Positions 1-37,786 of a DNA stretch of 64,000 nucleotides are shown piece after piece (positions within the stretch are counted from its first letter, which is position 1; each line of letters opens with the position of its first letter). The DNA comes from the human T2T-CHM13v2.0 reference genome, Homo sapiens. The stretch lies in the NCBI RefSeq assembly GCF_009914755.1, contig NC_060931.1. One strand, written 5' to 3'. The notes below the pieces were generated by a model. It saw only the letters and a list, made by a program, of their open reading frames with translations. It did no database searches and was not told where the DNA came from. Both the position numbers and the translations under genes were made by a program.

Positions 1-923
1 TGAGGAAGTAGTAAAACCCAAGATTTTTCAAACTCATAAAGTTGGAGAAAAATTCTTCAGGATTGGGACACTGAGAAAAGATGACTTTGGGAGATAAATC
101 AGCTTGGATTTAGATTCATATAAATTTATGGAGATTTTTGGTCATAATAGTTTAATGAGAATTTACTATGTACTTGACACTATCCTAAGATATATTACAA
201 TATATGTAATACTGTATATTCTCATGTAATATTTAAAAGAACCCTGAAGAGTGTTGCCATGATCTTCATCCTACAGATAGGAAAACTGAAAGGAGTTCAG
301 ATTGGCCTGGGGTTATTTACTACCTGGGCAATGAATGATGTTGCTAGTTGGCCAGTAGCGGGAGTGGTTGCTAGACCTGAGCACATAGTCTGAACTAACC
401 AAAATTGTCAAAGTTTGACAATTTTGACAAAATCATTTCTCCAGGCTGGTATTTTTGGGAAAAGAAACAGAAAACAAGTATGCTTATTCAGCTTGAGATG
501 GAAACATTAGCATTCAGACTTTAAGACACATAAAGAAGGGGGGTCTTTCATTTCTTTTAATTTGCTCCACCCAGGTCCCAGTTATTCTTTGAACTAAGGA
601 CAGTAGCTCTGGGAGTGAGAAGTTTTGTCCCCTTAGGAACATGTAGAAAAGAACAGTATGCCCAGATAGAGAAAAGAATATTGAAAAATAAGTGAGAATT
701 GTCAGTATAGGGTTGTACAGAAGGTTACAAAGAAAACAAAGAAGATAGTCAGCAATTGGGGAGATTCTTGCTACCATGAATATTGACCCAAGTAGAATTC
801 ATTGCAGTCACCTCAAAAGTCTTTTTGAAAACTTGGAGCAACTTAGGACTGTAATACTGTTTAATTTTATTGCTTACAACATGGTAGAATTACTCTAATT
901 TCCTTTTTATTAAAATACTTTAG

Positions 924-12163
<11,240 letters not shown>

Positions 12164-13120
12164 AGGAAGAAAAGGAAAACAGCCCTTGGTTTGGCCTATG
12201 GATTACGAGGTTGCTGTTGCTGATTCCCCACCAAAGATCCCAGGGACTCGTTGTACATAGAAAGGAATAGAATTTAGTTTAGAGTTGAAGTCACAGCTTA
12301 CAGAAAATGTGCCTGGATTTCCACAGCGCTTCCCAGGTTATATGATGCTGTTCCTAAGAGAGAATTCCCAGCTTCTTTGAGGAAGTGGGTCTCCTAATGT
12401 ATACCCTTTCTGATATTGTATTTATTAAATAAATGGTTTCACCATTATGTGAGGTGGGTAAAAGTTAGACTGCATGCAACTTGGACATCTCTGAGCTGGT
12501 TGTTAACTTGCAGAACAAAAATGCTGTGGGGAGAGGCTTCAGGGAAAACTTGATGTGCCTGTGGTTGTTCTCCATCTATTTGCCCTGCCTCTCTTGCTGT
12601 TCTGGTTGGTTTGATATTCTGGGTCTCACCAATTTCTCTTGATTTTTGTGAGAATTTGGCTTTGTTTCCTGTTTTTTAAAATCATATTTTATCTAAATCC
12701 TTTTTCTGTACACATTTTTAAAGGAAGAGAATACTGTATTTTTAAATAAAGGTTTTTATCTTGTCCAAAGCCTAATTACAGGTAAAATATCCTTTGTAAA
12801 ATGTAACTAACAAAGAATGAGAAATTTATGTCGGAGAACATTTTATGAATAAAAGGGTAAGAGAATTGAGTGGGTCAGTAGTAACAGGTCTTGGTGGCAA
12901 GTCTCAGCTTCACAGTTCCAACAGTTAATGATGGTCAGGATCTGCTAGAAAATTATGTTGGTCATAAAGGTATTTGATAAGCTCTGTTTGTGTCATCTTA
13001 GTGAATGCAACCTGTTAATGATAATGGCTTTTTCGCTGCTTGATTTTCTTCTTTTCCTCATTTTTAAAAGCTAATTAAGTTTTTTTAATTGAATAAACCC
13101 TAATACTATTCTTTGTTCTG
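12164..13120 (+). other. WEE2: WEE2 3' UTR with AATAAA signals (12745, 12848, 13092)
   Basis: Follows the stop codon; distal AATAAA is followed by T/GT-rich sequence; exact cleavage site not determinable. Confidence 0.7.
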
Positions 13121-13473
13121 CTTTGGAGTAGCAGTTCTTTCCATGCAATTAAGTGTGGTGTTGGTCTTCCTATAGCCCATTGCCATTTTTCTTTACTAGG
13201 CTCTGTTCAAAATTATAAAATGGGGTTAGTTTATCTCTTGCCACCTCCCCCTCAACACACACACACCAGGCCATGTTCCTTGTAGTATAGTACAAGGTCA
13301 ACCACAATTTCTGATTTAGAAACAGGGAAATTATTAAGTACATCCAGTGTATAGATGAGAATTGTTTGGTTATATTAGTCTTCTCAGGCATTGATAACTA
13401 TGACTGTTTGGGTCTACAGCCTCTTCTCTACTGTGTTCCTCAGCCTAGCTTCGCACCTGGTGCCAGTTCCATT

Positions 13474-13643
13474 GGCTCTGACTCTGGCTCTCTGGCTCCG
13501 GCTCTCTGGCTCTCGCTCTCGCTCTCACTCTCGCTCTAGCCCGCTCGGGTCCTCTCTGGCCTACTCGTGCTCTCTCTGGCTCGCTCTGGCTCGCTTTCTC
13601 TCTCTCTCTCTCTCTCTCGCTCTCTCTCTCGCTCTCTCTCTCG

Positions 13644-13683
<40 letters not shown>

Positions 13684-13720
13684 CTCGCTCTCTCTCTGGC
13701 TCTCTCTCTGTCTCTCTGGA
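13474..13720. repeat. Compound (CT)n / CTCTCG / CTCTGG microsatellite
   Basis: Directly visible pyrimidine-rich simple repeat. Confidence 0.95.
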
Positions 13721-16606
13721 TCTGCAGCAGCAGGATGTCACCAAAATAGTATGTATCTGCATAGATACTACTGAGTGTGAGGGACTGCGTCTTCACTGGC
13801 CTTAGCGTTTCATCCCTTCCATTTCAGTTAGACGCTTATTTCTTACCTCAGTAAGTTTTGTTTTTGCACAGAGATCATTATATAACTTGGAAACTAATTA
13901 TCACAATTATTTTATTAACATCATTGGGCTGGTAACATTAAAGAAGTTAAATTAAAATACTTTAGAAAATATGTTACTTCTCTATGGATGTATTCTAAAT
14001 GTCAACACTGACATTAAGGTACCAACAGATACTCTTGAGATCTAGAGGAACACTATTGCGCTCTACTGGTCTAATAAGCTCTAACACATGTACCAGTTTA
14101 GAGAATCCATTTACTGAAAGTTGTAGAAAGATGAATATTGAAAGGTATGACCCTTTCAGCCTGAACGACTAAGGCTTTTTATCTCTAGATGAACCATATT
14201 TTCAATCTTGAATTAGATAAAAATTGTCAGGTTTTTCTTTAAATTAAAAAATAGCCATAATAACTACTAAGTATTACTAAAATTGCTTTCAAACCATTCT
14301 AAAATATATGCAAGTAATCAGTGTAGGTAATAAGTGCTGCAATTTTTCAGTAGTTATGAGGCTTTAGGTAAGCTGATTTAAAATCAAAGTAAAAACCTGA
14401 TTAACATTTCTTTAAAAATGGATAATTTACAGCAAAACTGTCCAAGGCTTCCTATTTATGATAAAGTATTGCCAGTCTTGGTCTCTACCAATGGATGCCT
14501 ATAGCTGGAACCTTTTTAATTTAGGGAGAAACAAGTCAGGCCAAAGGTGACTTTGCACCCCTGGGCATTTATGATACACATTTCTTTCTCATTCATCTTT
14601 GCAAATGATAAAAAGCCCTGTGTCAGTATACTACTGCCAGGCATTAAAGCTGATTAAAGCCATAATGCTACCTGTCACCACTTCACAGCATTGGGAAGGC
14701 CATCTCTGGGTCCATGGATGAACTACACAAAGTGTGTTTATGTGTATCCTATGGAGAGGTTTCAGGGCTTCCTCATCAAAATGCAAAATCTAGGTTTCTG
14801 AAAGGGTATCTCTGATACAAAAATACATTGGAGTCACTATTCTAAGTCCTCGATTAAAAAAATAATAATTTTAGGGCTCTTTGAGCATCCTTCTGGGTTC
14901 TTCCCAGAAATAAGAATGCTTATTTGAGCATCCCTTCTGGATTCTTATTTCCATACCCTGGCCTGTGGCCTGGGCCCTACTAGCCTGTCCTTGTTTTAAA
15001 GTATACTGTGAACTGGATATTCACAAGTTCCTTGACCTCTAAGAGCTCACAGTTAACAGGAGGGATGAGGTACCTTTGTGATCATTTGTTATAAGATGGA
15101 CTGAGTGAGGAAAGAAAATGAAATGGGAGAACAGAAAGGAAGGACCGTTTGAGTGAAGAAGTCTGAAAGTGTGTGAGGGGAGTGCAGTTCAGATCCTGAG
15201 GATGGAGCAATGCAACAGAAGCATTTGTTGTGTTAGGAAGAGGGATCCATTTGATAACAGAAGAAAATGCTTTAATTTCTCCATGACATTTTACATCAAA
15301 AAACTGTGTACATTTTATCATGCTTTTCTTTGTCAAAGAAAAAACAACTGAAGTAGCAGCACTGTGACTCTCTCCAGCCAGCAATCTCGGGAGAATGTGT
15401 ATTGGCAATTCCTGTCTGAGAATTCAGAGTACTCCAGACTCTCCACTAAGATGTTATTTATAAAGTTGTAAGAGTTTGCTCCAGGTTGTCTGTTTTCAAT
15501 TTGCATGGTGCTTTCTGTATTTTTCTTTATACAACTTCTCCCACACTCCTTACTCCAAAGTATGCAAATAGAAAGGGAGATATTAGTGGCATCATGAAGA
15601 AAGAAATTTTAGGGCCAAGTGATTGGATACAGGTGAATGGATGTGGGTGGTCAGAGAGAGATGAAGCTGATTACAAAGTTCAAGTCTGGGAGAATCTTGG
15701 TACCATTAAACAAGGAGCTTAGAAGGGAGAAACTGACTTTGGGCAAAAGGGTGAATTGTTTTTCATTTGACTCTACCCCTCAAGTGGAAGCAGGATTTTT
15801 AAAGAGAAAATCATTGGAAGTCATTGACAGTAGTAACATAGCAGGTGGGGTGTGGGATTACTAATTCCTGTGCAAGGCTTGAAGGCAGTATAACATGGTA
15901 TGTTTTAGGAGCTCAACATTGTGAAGGTGCCAGTAAAATGGAGGTAAGCATCTAGAAATACAGTTTACCAACTGGTGAGCAAGACCTTCAGGAGTGCGTT
16001 AAAGTGTGTGTGTTGGAAGCTATCTTAAGATTTTATCCCTAAATGGCAAAAATGGGCAGATGAAAGGTTTTAGGTAGAGGCCTGAGGAGGTGATTTGCCT
16101 GTTAGAACAATATGGTGGGTACCTTCTTTCTCCACAGTCTGGACAGTGCCAGGACCAGGAGAAGGAGTGGAAGGGGCAGCCCCCGCTGGTGTGGGTTCTG
16201 CAATTTATGGGGCTCCATACATCCTTTTTCCCACTAGGCCCAGGGTTAGCGTAAATGAGAAGGAATTTAAGGGGCACCAAGGAACTCAGCAATCAAGATT
16301 TGTGATACTTTAATGAAATATTCTTAAAATATTAAAACTAATGAAAAAAATTCATGATGAATAAAATACCAAAATTTTAAATAAAGACAAGATCAGTAAG
16401 CTGAAGTTAATTAAAATTATTTAAGGTTGTTACTTGGTCAAGAAAAATTGTGAAGGCATGGCAATTCTCTCAAAACAAGCAAAGCAGATTTGAACACATT
16501 ACTGATCAGTTTACTTCCATTAAAAGTAAAGTTATATTACATCCATCTTGGCATAAATAAAATATTTAAACTTAAAACAATGTTGTGAATTTTAATACAC
16601 CTGTAG

Positions 16607-17000
16607 TGTAACAGGTCCCCCCACCCGGGTTACTAAAGAGTGTATGTCCACTGCCTGAATCCTGAAGGCCATGTGGCAAGGCCAAGGTGACCAGCCAAAG
16701 AGCAGCTGTTTGAGAAGCCAAACATCCCAGAGAATATCTGAGAACCTACCAAAGAAAACAGCTCCATCACACACAGTAGGCTAAAAGCCAGAAAATTAGC
16801 TTACAAGTAGCTTAGGGATGGGAGGCCAGGCGGATCTCTACAGCTGTCATGCTGCCATCCAGGAGTGCCTTGTATGTAAGTCCTGATAAACTCCTCTACT
16901 CGCCAAGCTGGACTTGTCTGGGTCAATCTTTGGTTTCTCGGCTTCCTCTCAGTTTGGGGGAAGGTTTTTATTAATGCAATTCTGGGTTTTTCTTGTTACA
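16607..17000. mobile_element. Solo LTR-like element (family uncertain)
   Basis: ~390 bp bounded by inverted termini TGTAACA...TGTTACA; no clear TSD. Confidence 0.5.
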
Positions 17001-17052
17001 ATATCTACTTTAAAAATTTTCAATACTTCTTCAACTACTTTAATGTTCTGGA

Positions 17053-17260
17053 AATATATGTGTATATATATTGATATATAACACATATACATATATATTG
17101 ATATATATACACATATATACATACATATATTTTGTGTGATGATATATATATACCGTCTCAAAAATATATATGTGTATATATATTGAGATATATATACACA
17201 CATATTTCATTCATACATATTGATATATATACACATATATATATACACACATATATATAT
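17053..17260. repeat. (TA)n/(CA)n low-complexity repeat
   Basis: Directly visible. Confidence 0.9.
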
Positions 17261-17850
<590 letters not shown>

Positions 17851-18295
17851 AAATTTTTTTAATTAAACATTTTTTTTTGTTTTTGTCTTTATTTTTAATT
17901 TTTGTGGGTTCAAAGGAAGTGTATATATTTATGGAGTACATGAGATATTTTGATACAGGTATGCAACGTCAAATAAGCACATCATGGGGGATGGGGTATC
18001 ATCTTAATTTATCCTTTGAGTTACACACAATCCAATAACACTCTTATTTTAAAATGTACAGTTAAGTAATTATTGACTATAGTCAACCTATTGTGCCATC
18101 GAAAATAGTAGGTCTTATTCGTTCTATTTTTTTGTACCCATTAACCATCCCCACCTTCCCTCCAGCCCCCCACTAACCTTCCTAGCCCCAATTTTTAAAA
18201 ATACATAAGTACACATATACACAGGGGTGCATATTCTTCCTTGTGCCTCAGGCTCCAGTCTGGCTTGGATCCTGTATTCAGTTAAAATTTTAATA

Positions 18296-19400
18296 CAGTC
18301 ATGCACTTCATAATGATGTTTTGGAAAAAGACTGCATATACAACAGTGCATATACAAAGGTGGTCCCATAAGATTACAATGGAGTTGAAAAATTCCTATC
18401 GTCTAGTGACATCATACCTGCTAAAACATCAGAATGCAATGTATTACTCATGTGTTACTTGATATTAATAATGACTATGTCACTGGTTTATGTATTTACT
18501 ATACTTTTTATTATATTATTATTTAACTTATTTTTTAAAAGTTAACTGTAAAACAGCCTCAGGCAGGTCCTTCAGGAGGGATTCCAGAAGAAGACACTGT
18601 TATAGGAGATGACAGCTCCCTGTGTGTCACTGCTTCTGAAAACCTTCCAGTGGGACAAGATGTGGAAGTGGAAGGCTGAGATTGATCATAATGACCCTGT
18701 GTAGGCCTAGGCTAATGTGTGTGTTTATGTCTTAGTTTTTTTAAAAAATGGCTAAAAAGTTAAAAAAAAAAAGAAAAAAAGCAAAGGTAGAAAAAAGCTT
18801 GTAGAATAAGGATATAAGAAAAATATTTTTGTACAGTGGTACAGTGTGTGTTTTAAGCTAATTGTTATTACAAAACAGTTAAAACGTAAAAAAATTTGGA
18901 AGATTTATAAAGTTATAGTGAGTGAAAGTTTATTAAAGGAAGAAAAGTATTTTTTATAAACTGAGTGTAGCCTAAGTGTACAGTGTTTATGAAGTGTTTA
19001 GTGGGTACAATAATGTCCTAGACCTTCATGTTGGGCCACCACTCACTCATTTACTCACCCACAGCAACTTCCAGTTCCGCAAGCTCCATTCATGGTAAGC
19101 GCCCCATACAGGTGTGCCATTTTTATCTTTTATACCGCATTTGTACTGTACCTTTTCCATGTTTACATATGTTTAGACACACAGATACTTACCATGAATT
19201 ACAATGGTCTGCGGTATTCAGTACAGCCCCATGCTGTCAGGTTTGCAGCCTGGAAGCAGCAGGCCACACCACAGAGCCGAGGTGTGTCCAGGCTCCACCA
19301 TCTAGGTCGTCAAAGTACATTCTGTGGTGTTCGTACAGCAACAAAATCGCCTAATGACGCAATCCTCAGACCTTACCCTGTTGTTAAGGTACACATGACT
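18296..19400 (+). mobile_element. Tigger3-like Tc1/mariner DNA transposon
   Basis: ta|CAGTCATGC terminus, ggtggtcccataagatta motif, CATGACT other end, ~1.1 kb. Confidence 0.75.
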
Positions 19401-19579
19401 CTTATTTTGTTCCTCCCGGATTTCCTGCATTAATTTTTACTTTTTAAAATATTACATTAATATATTATTTGATTGCCAGTTTTTCTGGTGCTCCCTTAAA
19501 TTGCACAGCCTGCCAGCCCTTCCCTGGCTCCCCTTTCTTTTTCTGCTTTTCTTAGTGCTTCAACAGACCTGGGACGTTC

Positions 19580-19845
19580 TTTTTCTTTCTTTTTTTTTTT
19601 AATTTTCTTCTTTTTTTCTTTTTCTTGTTTTGTTTTGTTTTGTTTTGAGATAGAGTTCGCTCTGTTGCCCAGGCTGGAATGCAGTGGTGCGTTCACGGCT
19701 CAATGCAGCAACGACCTCCAGGGCTCAGGCGATCCCCCGACCTCAGCCTCCGGAGAAGCTTGGACCACAGGCGCGCGCCACCACGCCCAGCTAATTATAT
19801 ATTTTTTGTAGAGACAGGTCTCACTATGTCGCCTAGGCTGGTCAC
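19580..19845 (-). mobile_element. Partial old Alu (J-like)
   Basis: T-rich tail plus reverse Alu arm. Confidence 0.8.
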
Positions 19846-19947
19846 AAATGTTGCTTTTTTTTCCCTCCAGGCAGAGCTAGTCTCTGTTTTGCCTACCTCG
19901 CCCCCTCCTGGGCCCAGTTAGAAACCTCATCACATAATTTCATTTCT

Positions 19948-20020
19948 TTCCAAACTTGAAACCTTCCAAACTTGAAACCTTCTAAACTTGAAACCTTCTA
20001 AACTTGAAACCTTCCAAACT
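19948..20020. repeat. 16-bp tandem repeat TTC(C/T)AAACTTGAAACC x4.5
   Basis: Directly visible. Confidence 0.95.
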
Positions 20021-20023
20021 CAC

Positions 20024-20150
20024 CACTTGGCGGCGTTGATCCATCCGCCCGCGCACAAAGAGAAGATCGCGGAACTTCAGAGTTAAGGGGAGCCGTTTCC
20101 CGCAGCGCTAGCCGGCAGTATTTCCAAGGCGCAAGTTGCGGAGTTTCTGT
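20024..20150 (-). ncRNA. WEE2-AS1: Probable first exon of antisense lncRNA WEE2-AS1 (5' end approximate)
   Basis: Minus-strand donor GTG|GTGAGT at 20024/20023 leaving the CpG island; known head-to-head arrangement at this locus. Confidence 0.55.
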
Positions 20151-20480
20151 TTCCTTTTTCCTCTGGCGAGCTTTGCGTTCCCTGTGCGCCGGAAGTGATC
20201 CCCTGCGTGGCTGGGCTGCTCGGGTTAGATCGTCAGGTGAGGGAGGAAGGGATAGCCAGCGCGAAGGAAGTGCTGGAGTCGTGTGTTTTGGCTGCGCGTG
20301 ATCCTGCGTGGGTCGGGAGGTGTTTCTGTGTAGGTGTCTGGCCCTTTCATCAGTCGTGCGGAGGACCGCGTGATTTCCTTCCAGTTCTCCTCGGTTTTCA
20401 GGTGGTGGCGCCATCTTCGGTAAAGGGTGTCCACCTCTCCCTATGGTGTGGCTGGCTAGCCCGGGGGTCTCTACGCTGCT
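20025..20480. promoter_or_regulatory. CpG-island bidirectional promoter SSBP1 / WEE2-AS1
   Basis: CpG-dense; ETS/GABPA site CCGGAAGTG 20189-20197; YY1 site CGCCATCTT 20409-20417; divergent splice donors at 20237 (+) and 20023 (-). Confidence 0.88.
20190..20236 (+). other. SSBP1: SSBP1 non-coding exon 1 (TSS approximate)
   Basis: Donor CAG|GTGAGG at 20236/20237 just downstream of the ETS site. Confidence 0.7.
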
Positions 20481-20992
20481 TGGTCTTTGTTAACGGAGAT
20501 GAAGGCAGTAATTTTTCAGTAACAGGTTTCAGATATAAGTCCCTTGGTGATGCTAATATTTATGGAGGCCTTACTATGCATTAAGAACTTTTTTAGAAGT
20601 TTAGAAAATGGCAGTGAATAAAGCAGATACAAATCTCTGCTCTAAGGGAGCTTGCATAGTAATGAAATTTGAGAAGACAGTGGATTGGAAGTGGGATTAA
20701 CTCAGAATCAAAATTTTGTCGATGGGTTGGAGGAAGAGGAAGTTATTTGGGACCAAAAAGACATACAGGTGTGAGTTTATTTGGGAGGGAGGAAGGAATC
20801 CTCATCAGATGTGCAGGAATGTTGGTACGTTGTGGTCACAAAATTGGAGTGCATAAAAATTATGAATATAGTTAGGAATTTAGGACTGGTGAGTTGTACT
20901 TTTGCCATAAGAGGTAATGTTTTTTTCTTATTTTGTTTTTTTCCTTCAGGAAAAGCCTAAAGATTAGACTGTAAGAAAAGAAAATAGAAGCC

Positions 20993-32180
<11,188 letters not shown>

Positions 32181-32263
32181 AAAGGATGATTCTTCTTTGG
32201 CCATCATTTGGTACAGTCTCATTTCCAAGTCATGTATAATCTTTATGGCTTCCAAGGACAAGA

Positions 32264-32269
32264 ATTAAA
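32264..32269 (+). terminator. SSBP1 polyadenylation signal ATTAAA
   Basis: ~85 nt after the stop, with upstream TGTA and downstream T/GT-rich tract. Confidence 0.7.
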
Positions 32270-32686
32270 ATACTCTTTTACGTAAAATGAGTAATAATCT
32301 TTTTTCTGACTGTCGTTCTCGCTCTCCTTTTTGTGGTATAATCTTGGTAGCTACTATCTGTTATGGCATTTACTAGTTGTTTATTCTTCTAAGGGTGGTT
32401 TCTATGTACAGGTATACAAAATAGTAAACTTTCAGGCTCATTTGTGTTATGGCAAAGGGATAAATATGCTTTGGGAAGGTCTCCTGGTTTTTGTATACAC
32501 TTTTATTACAATATTGATTTGTCCAATCAGTGAATTTACTGAGCATCACTGTATGTGAGACATTTATCCCATATTTGTAAATATTGATTTTCTTAACGTT
32601 TTGCTCTGTAGACATGAAGGCAAGGACTGAATCTTCTGTTTGCCTGCACTTTAAACCATGCTTTACATAGAATAGCCACTCAGTAA

Positions 32687-32951
32687 GCATTGATAGATGA
32701 ATCATCCCAATGGGATTCTAAGCTTCAGCTCAAATTGAAGGGAGTTGCTGAGCAGTGGTTAGTGTCTAACCTAAACATCTTTAAGACTAACCTACCTTCT
32801 TCATATCTTTTGTTTTTGGACAGTTTCATTAGTAGCATTGATGAAACATAGTTTACCAGCAATAAGGACCTGAATAATTAGAGATGAAATCGTTCATCTC
32901 CAGGTGATGCCACAGGAGCTGTAGTTCTGTTCTTTCTCTGCCCCTGTTATC
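32687..32951 (+). repeat. Left copy of ~265 bp host duplication flanking HERV-K
   Basis: Matches 37968-38239 with about 7 substitutions and 2 small indels (counted by eye). Confidence 0.95.
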
Positions 32952-34930
<1,979 letters not shown>

Positions 34931-35696
34931 ATTTCTTTCAGTCTCAATTGGGACTTTAATGCCATTTTCATTTTTTCCTAGTCCTTTTCCTGGTATATAT
35001 CCCATCTTAGTCATGATTTTTTGACTCGTGGGGCTGTATAATGGAGCGGGCATAGTGATTTCCGCACCCCATTGTTGTAATAAATCTCGACCCCGCATAT
35101 TAACAGGAATTGAAGTAATCATTGGCTGAACAGTACTTTCTTGATTATCTGGCCCTAAACAGTGTAAAATCATAGTACTTTGATGCACTTCTGAGGCTGT
35201 TCCTATGCCGAGAAGTCCTGTAACAGCCTTTTGTTTAGGCCAATTTTTTGGCCACTGATTTAAAGCAATGATAGAGACATCTGCTCTAGTGTCTACTAAC
35301 CCTTCAAACTGTTTTCCTTGAATAATGGCCTTACACACAGGTCTGCTGTCTGAGACCTGACTTGCCCAATATGCGGCCTTTCCTGTCGGATCAGTGCTTC
35401 CAAACCCTCCTGTTTTTATCTGTTTCCAACCATAATATAAGGCAGGAGTAATAATTGAGCAATCCTGTCTCCTGGACTGGCACTCCAAGGAATTGAAGAG
35501 CTAATAACCAATTGAATTTCGCCTTTATAGTCTGAATCAACCATACCACTATGAATTTGAACTCCCTTTAGATTTAGACTTGAGCTTCCTAAGATTAGTC
35601 CTACAGTCCCTTCAGGCAGTGGGCCATATATCCCTGTGGGGTTTTTTTGTGGGGGTTCCCCTGGAAGCAGAGAGACTGCTTGTATAGTACATAAAT

Positions 35697-37786
35697 CTAC
35701 TGCTGCACTGCCACTTGTGGTGGGGGACAATTGTTGTATTGTGGTAACTGGCTCATTCCCTGAGGCACTTGGGACAGTGGGGGTTGTTGTCCCTGAAATC
35801 CCTGAGGAGCAAAGGGCTGAATTGGGAATGCCCCAGTTTTTTGTGGGGCCTGAGGCGGGCCCCTCTTCTCATTTCCCAACAATGGTTGCCCATTTCTATC
35901 AAATTTAGAATGACATTGACCAGCCCAGTGTTTTCCTTTTCGACATCTTGGACATAAGTCAGGTGGCTCTTTATCTGTTGTTGTAGTAGCTTGAATAGTT
36001 ATATTTTGTTTATTTGAGACTGGGCAATTCTTTTTTAGATGACCAACTTGACCACAATTATAACATTTCCCCCCAAATGTTCTAACTTGTCTTCCTAAAG
36101 CAACTCCCATTATTGCTTGAGCCATAAACATAGCTTTATGCATAGCTCCTCCTCCATCACAGGCTTTTACATACTCAGATTACATTTGATTCTGTGGGAA
36201 CCTTACCTTTTAATGGCTTAATGGCTGATTGACACTCAGGATTGGCGTTTTCATATGCCATCAACTCCACTATGACCTTACAAGCATTCTCATCGGTAAT
36301 TGACTTTTGAGCAACATCTTGGAGCCTTGCCACAAAATCAGGGTAGGGCTCTTTAGAGCCTTGTCTTATTGTATTGAATGAGGGGCAGGCGGTTCCTGGG
36401 TCTTGGATTTTTTCCGAGGCCCTAAGGCAGATAGCTCTAACTTGCTCAATGGCCTCATTTTGCATTAACACTTGTTGACTAGTAGTGCTTCAATTTTGAC
36501 CTGTTCCTAATAGTTGATCTGCATCTATGTTAACTGGAGGATTGGCAGCCCTGTTTCTTCAGACCGACCTGTTGTTGTGCCCCATCAATCCACCAAGTCT
36601 TAAATTGTTAAAATTGAGAGGGTGAGAGAGACAATTTGGCCAGAACCTCCCAATCATAAGGAATGAGTCTATGTCCATGAGCAATGGAATCTAATAATGT
36701 CCTCATATAAGGGGAGTTGGGTCCATACTGTTTTACTCCCTCTTTCATATCTTTTAGCATTTTTATAGAAAAAGACTCATATCTGGCCTCAGCTAGGGGA
36801 GGCTCTCCCTCTTGGGCCCCTTCTCCAGGTGGTATTGGTTCTAATATTACTGGGAATTGCCATGCCTCAATATCTCTTTGTTTTCTTGCCTCATCAATAA
36901 TTTTATGTAATACACTACCCTGCTCACTAGGTGGTGCTGTAGGATTAAGTCTCATAGTGGGTGGCTGAGGGTATGGCGCCCTGTCCTGTGGGGCTGGGAA
37001 CATTCCTGGCTGTCCATACTGATTTTCCGGGGGTGGCCGACACTTAAGTTCGGCTGGCAGCCAGTATTGATAGGCTACTGGCAGTTGGGTCTTATTTTCT
37101 ACCGGCTGATATTGTGGATACTGTATTTGGATTGGCATTGCCGTGACAGAGACTCTATCTTTCTCTATTTGATATTCTCTTGGGGTTTGTACTTGCCTAA
37201 CCTGCATTTGAGGTTGTAATGTTACAGGCATCTGAACTGCTGGAAGAGGAGTTGGCCCTCGTGGTTTAGACTCTGATGGCCCTGCTAATTCTGGACCTTT
37301 TTCTTCTAATTTTAACGTTTCAGGATATATCACCTCCTGTAATTGATTATAGTCAACATTTTGCATTGACTGAGCCATTACCGGCTCTGCTACATACTCA
37401 CAATGTAAACTTTCCGTTCCTTTCCGGGATTTTATCTCTGCCTCTTCTTTACAATCTATTAAACAGCTTTCAGGGGCATCAGAAACTGAAACACTATCTT
37501 CTTCTGTTTGAAACGGTTCTAAAGCTACTTTAATAATGACCCAGTCATTCCATACTGTAAGTGGGATGATTTTACCCTCCCTACTTGCTTGTTTTAATTC
37601 TTTGCCAATTTTTTCCCAGTCTTTTAGATATAAAGTTCCCTGTTCTAGAAACCATGGGCAAAATTTTCTATTGTTTGAAATAGTGTGATTAGATTTTTTT
37701 GTAGAAACTCTAACTCCCCCCCTTTTTTTTTAAAGAATTTTAATAGAATTGAGATGAGAGGCATATTTACTTTTAGTTTGCCCCAT
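35697..37786 (-). pseudogene. gag: HML-2 gag, disrupted
   Basis: ATGGGGCAAACTAAAAGT start; MHR-like IRQGSKEPYPDFVARL; zinc knuckles CYNCGQVGHLKKNC and CPRCRKGKHWAGQC; split into several ORFs. Confidence 0.92.

Noticed and set aside
13391-13796. ORFs encoding RE/SL dipeptide-repeat proteins
   Set aside because: Translation artefacts of the CT microsatellite; no splice or promoter support
19948-20020. Regular direct repeats resembling a CRISPR array
   Set aside because: Contiguous units with no unique spacers, in human DNA; simple minisatellite
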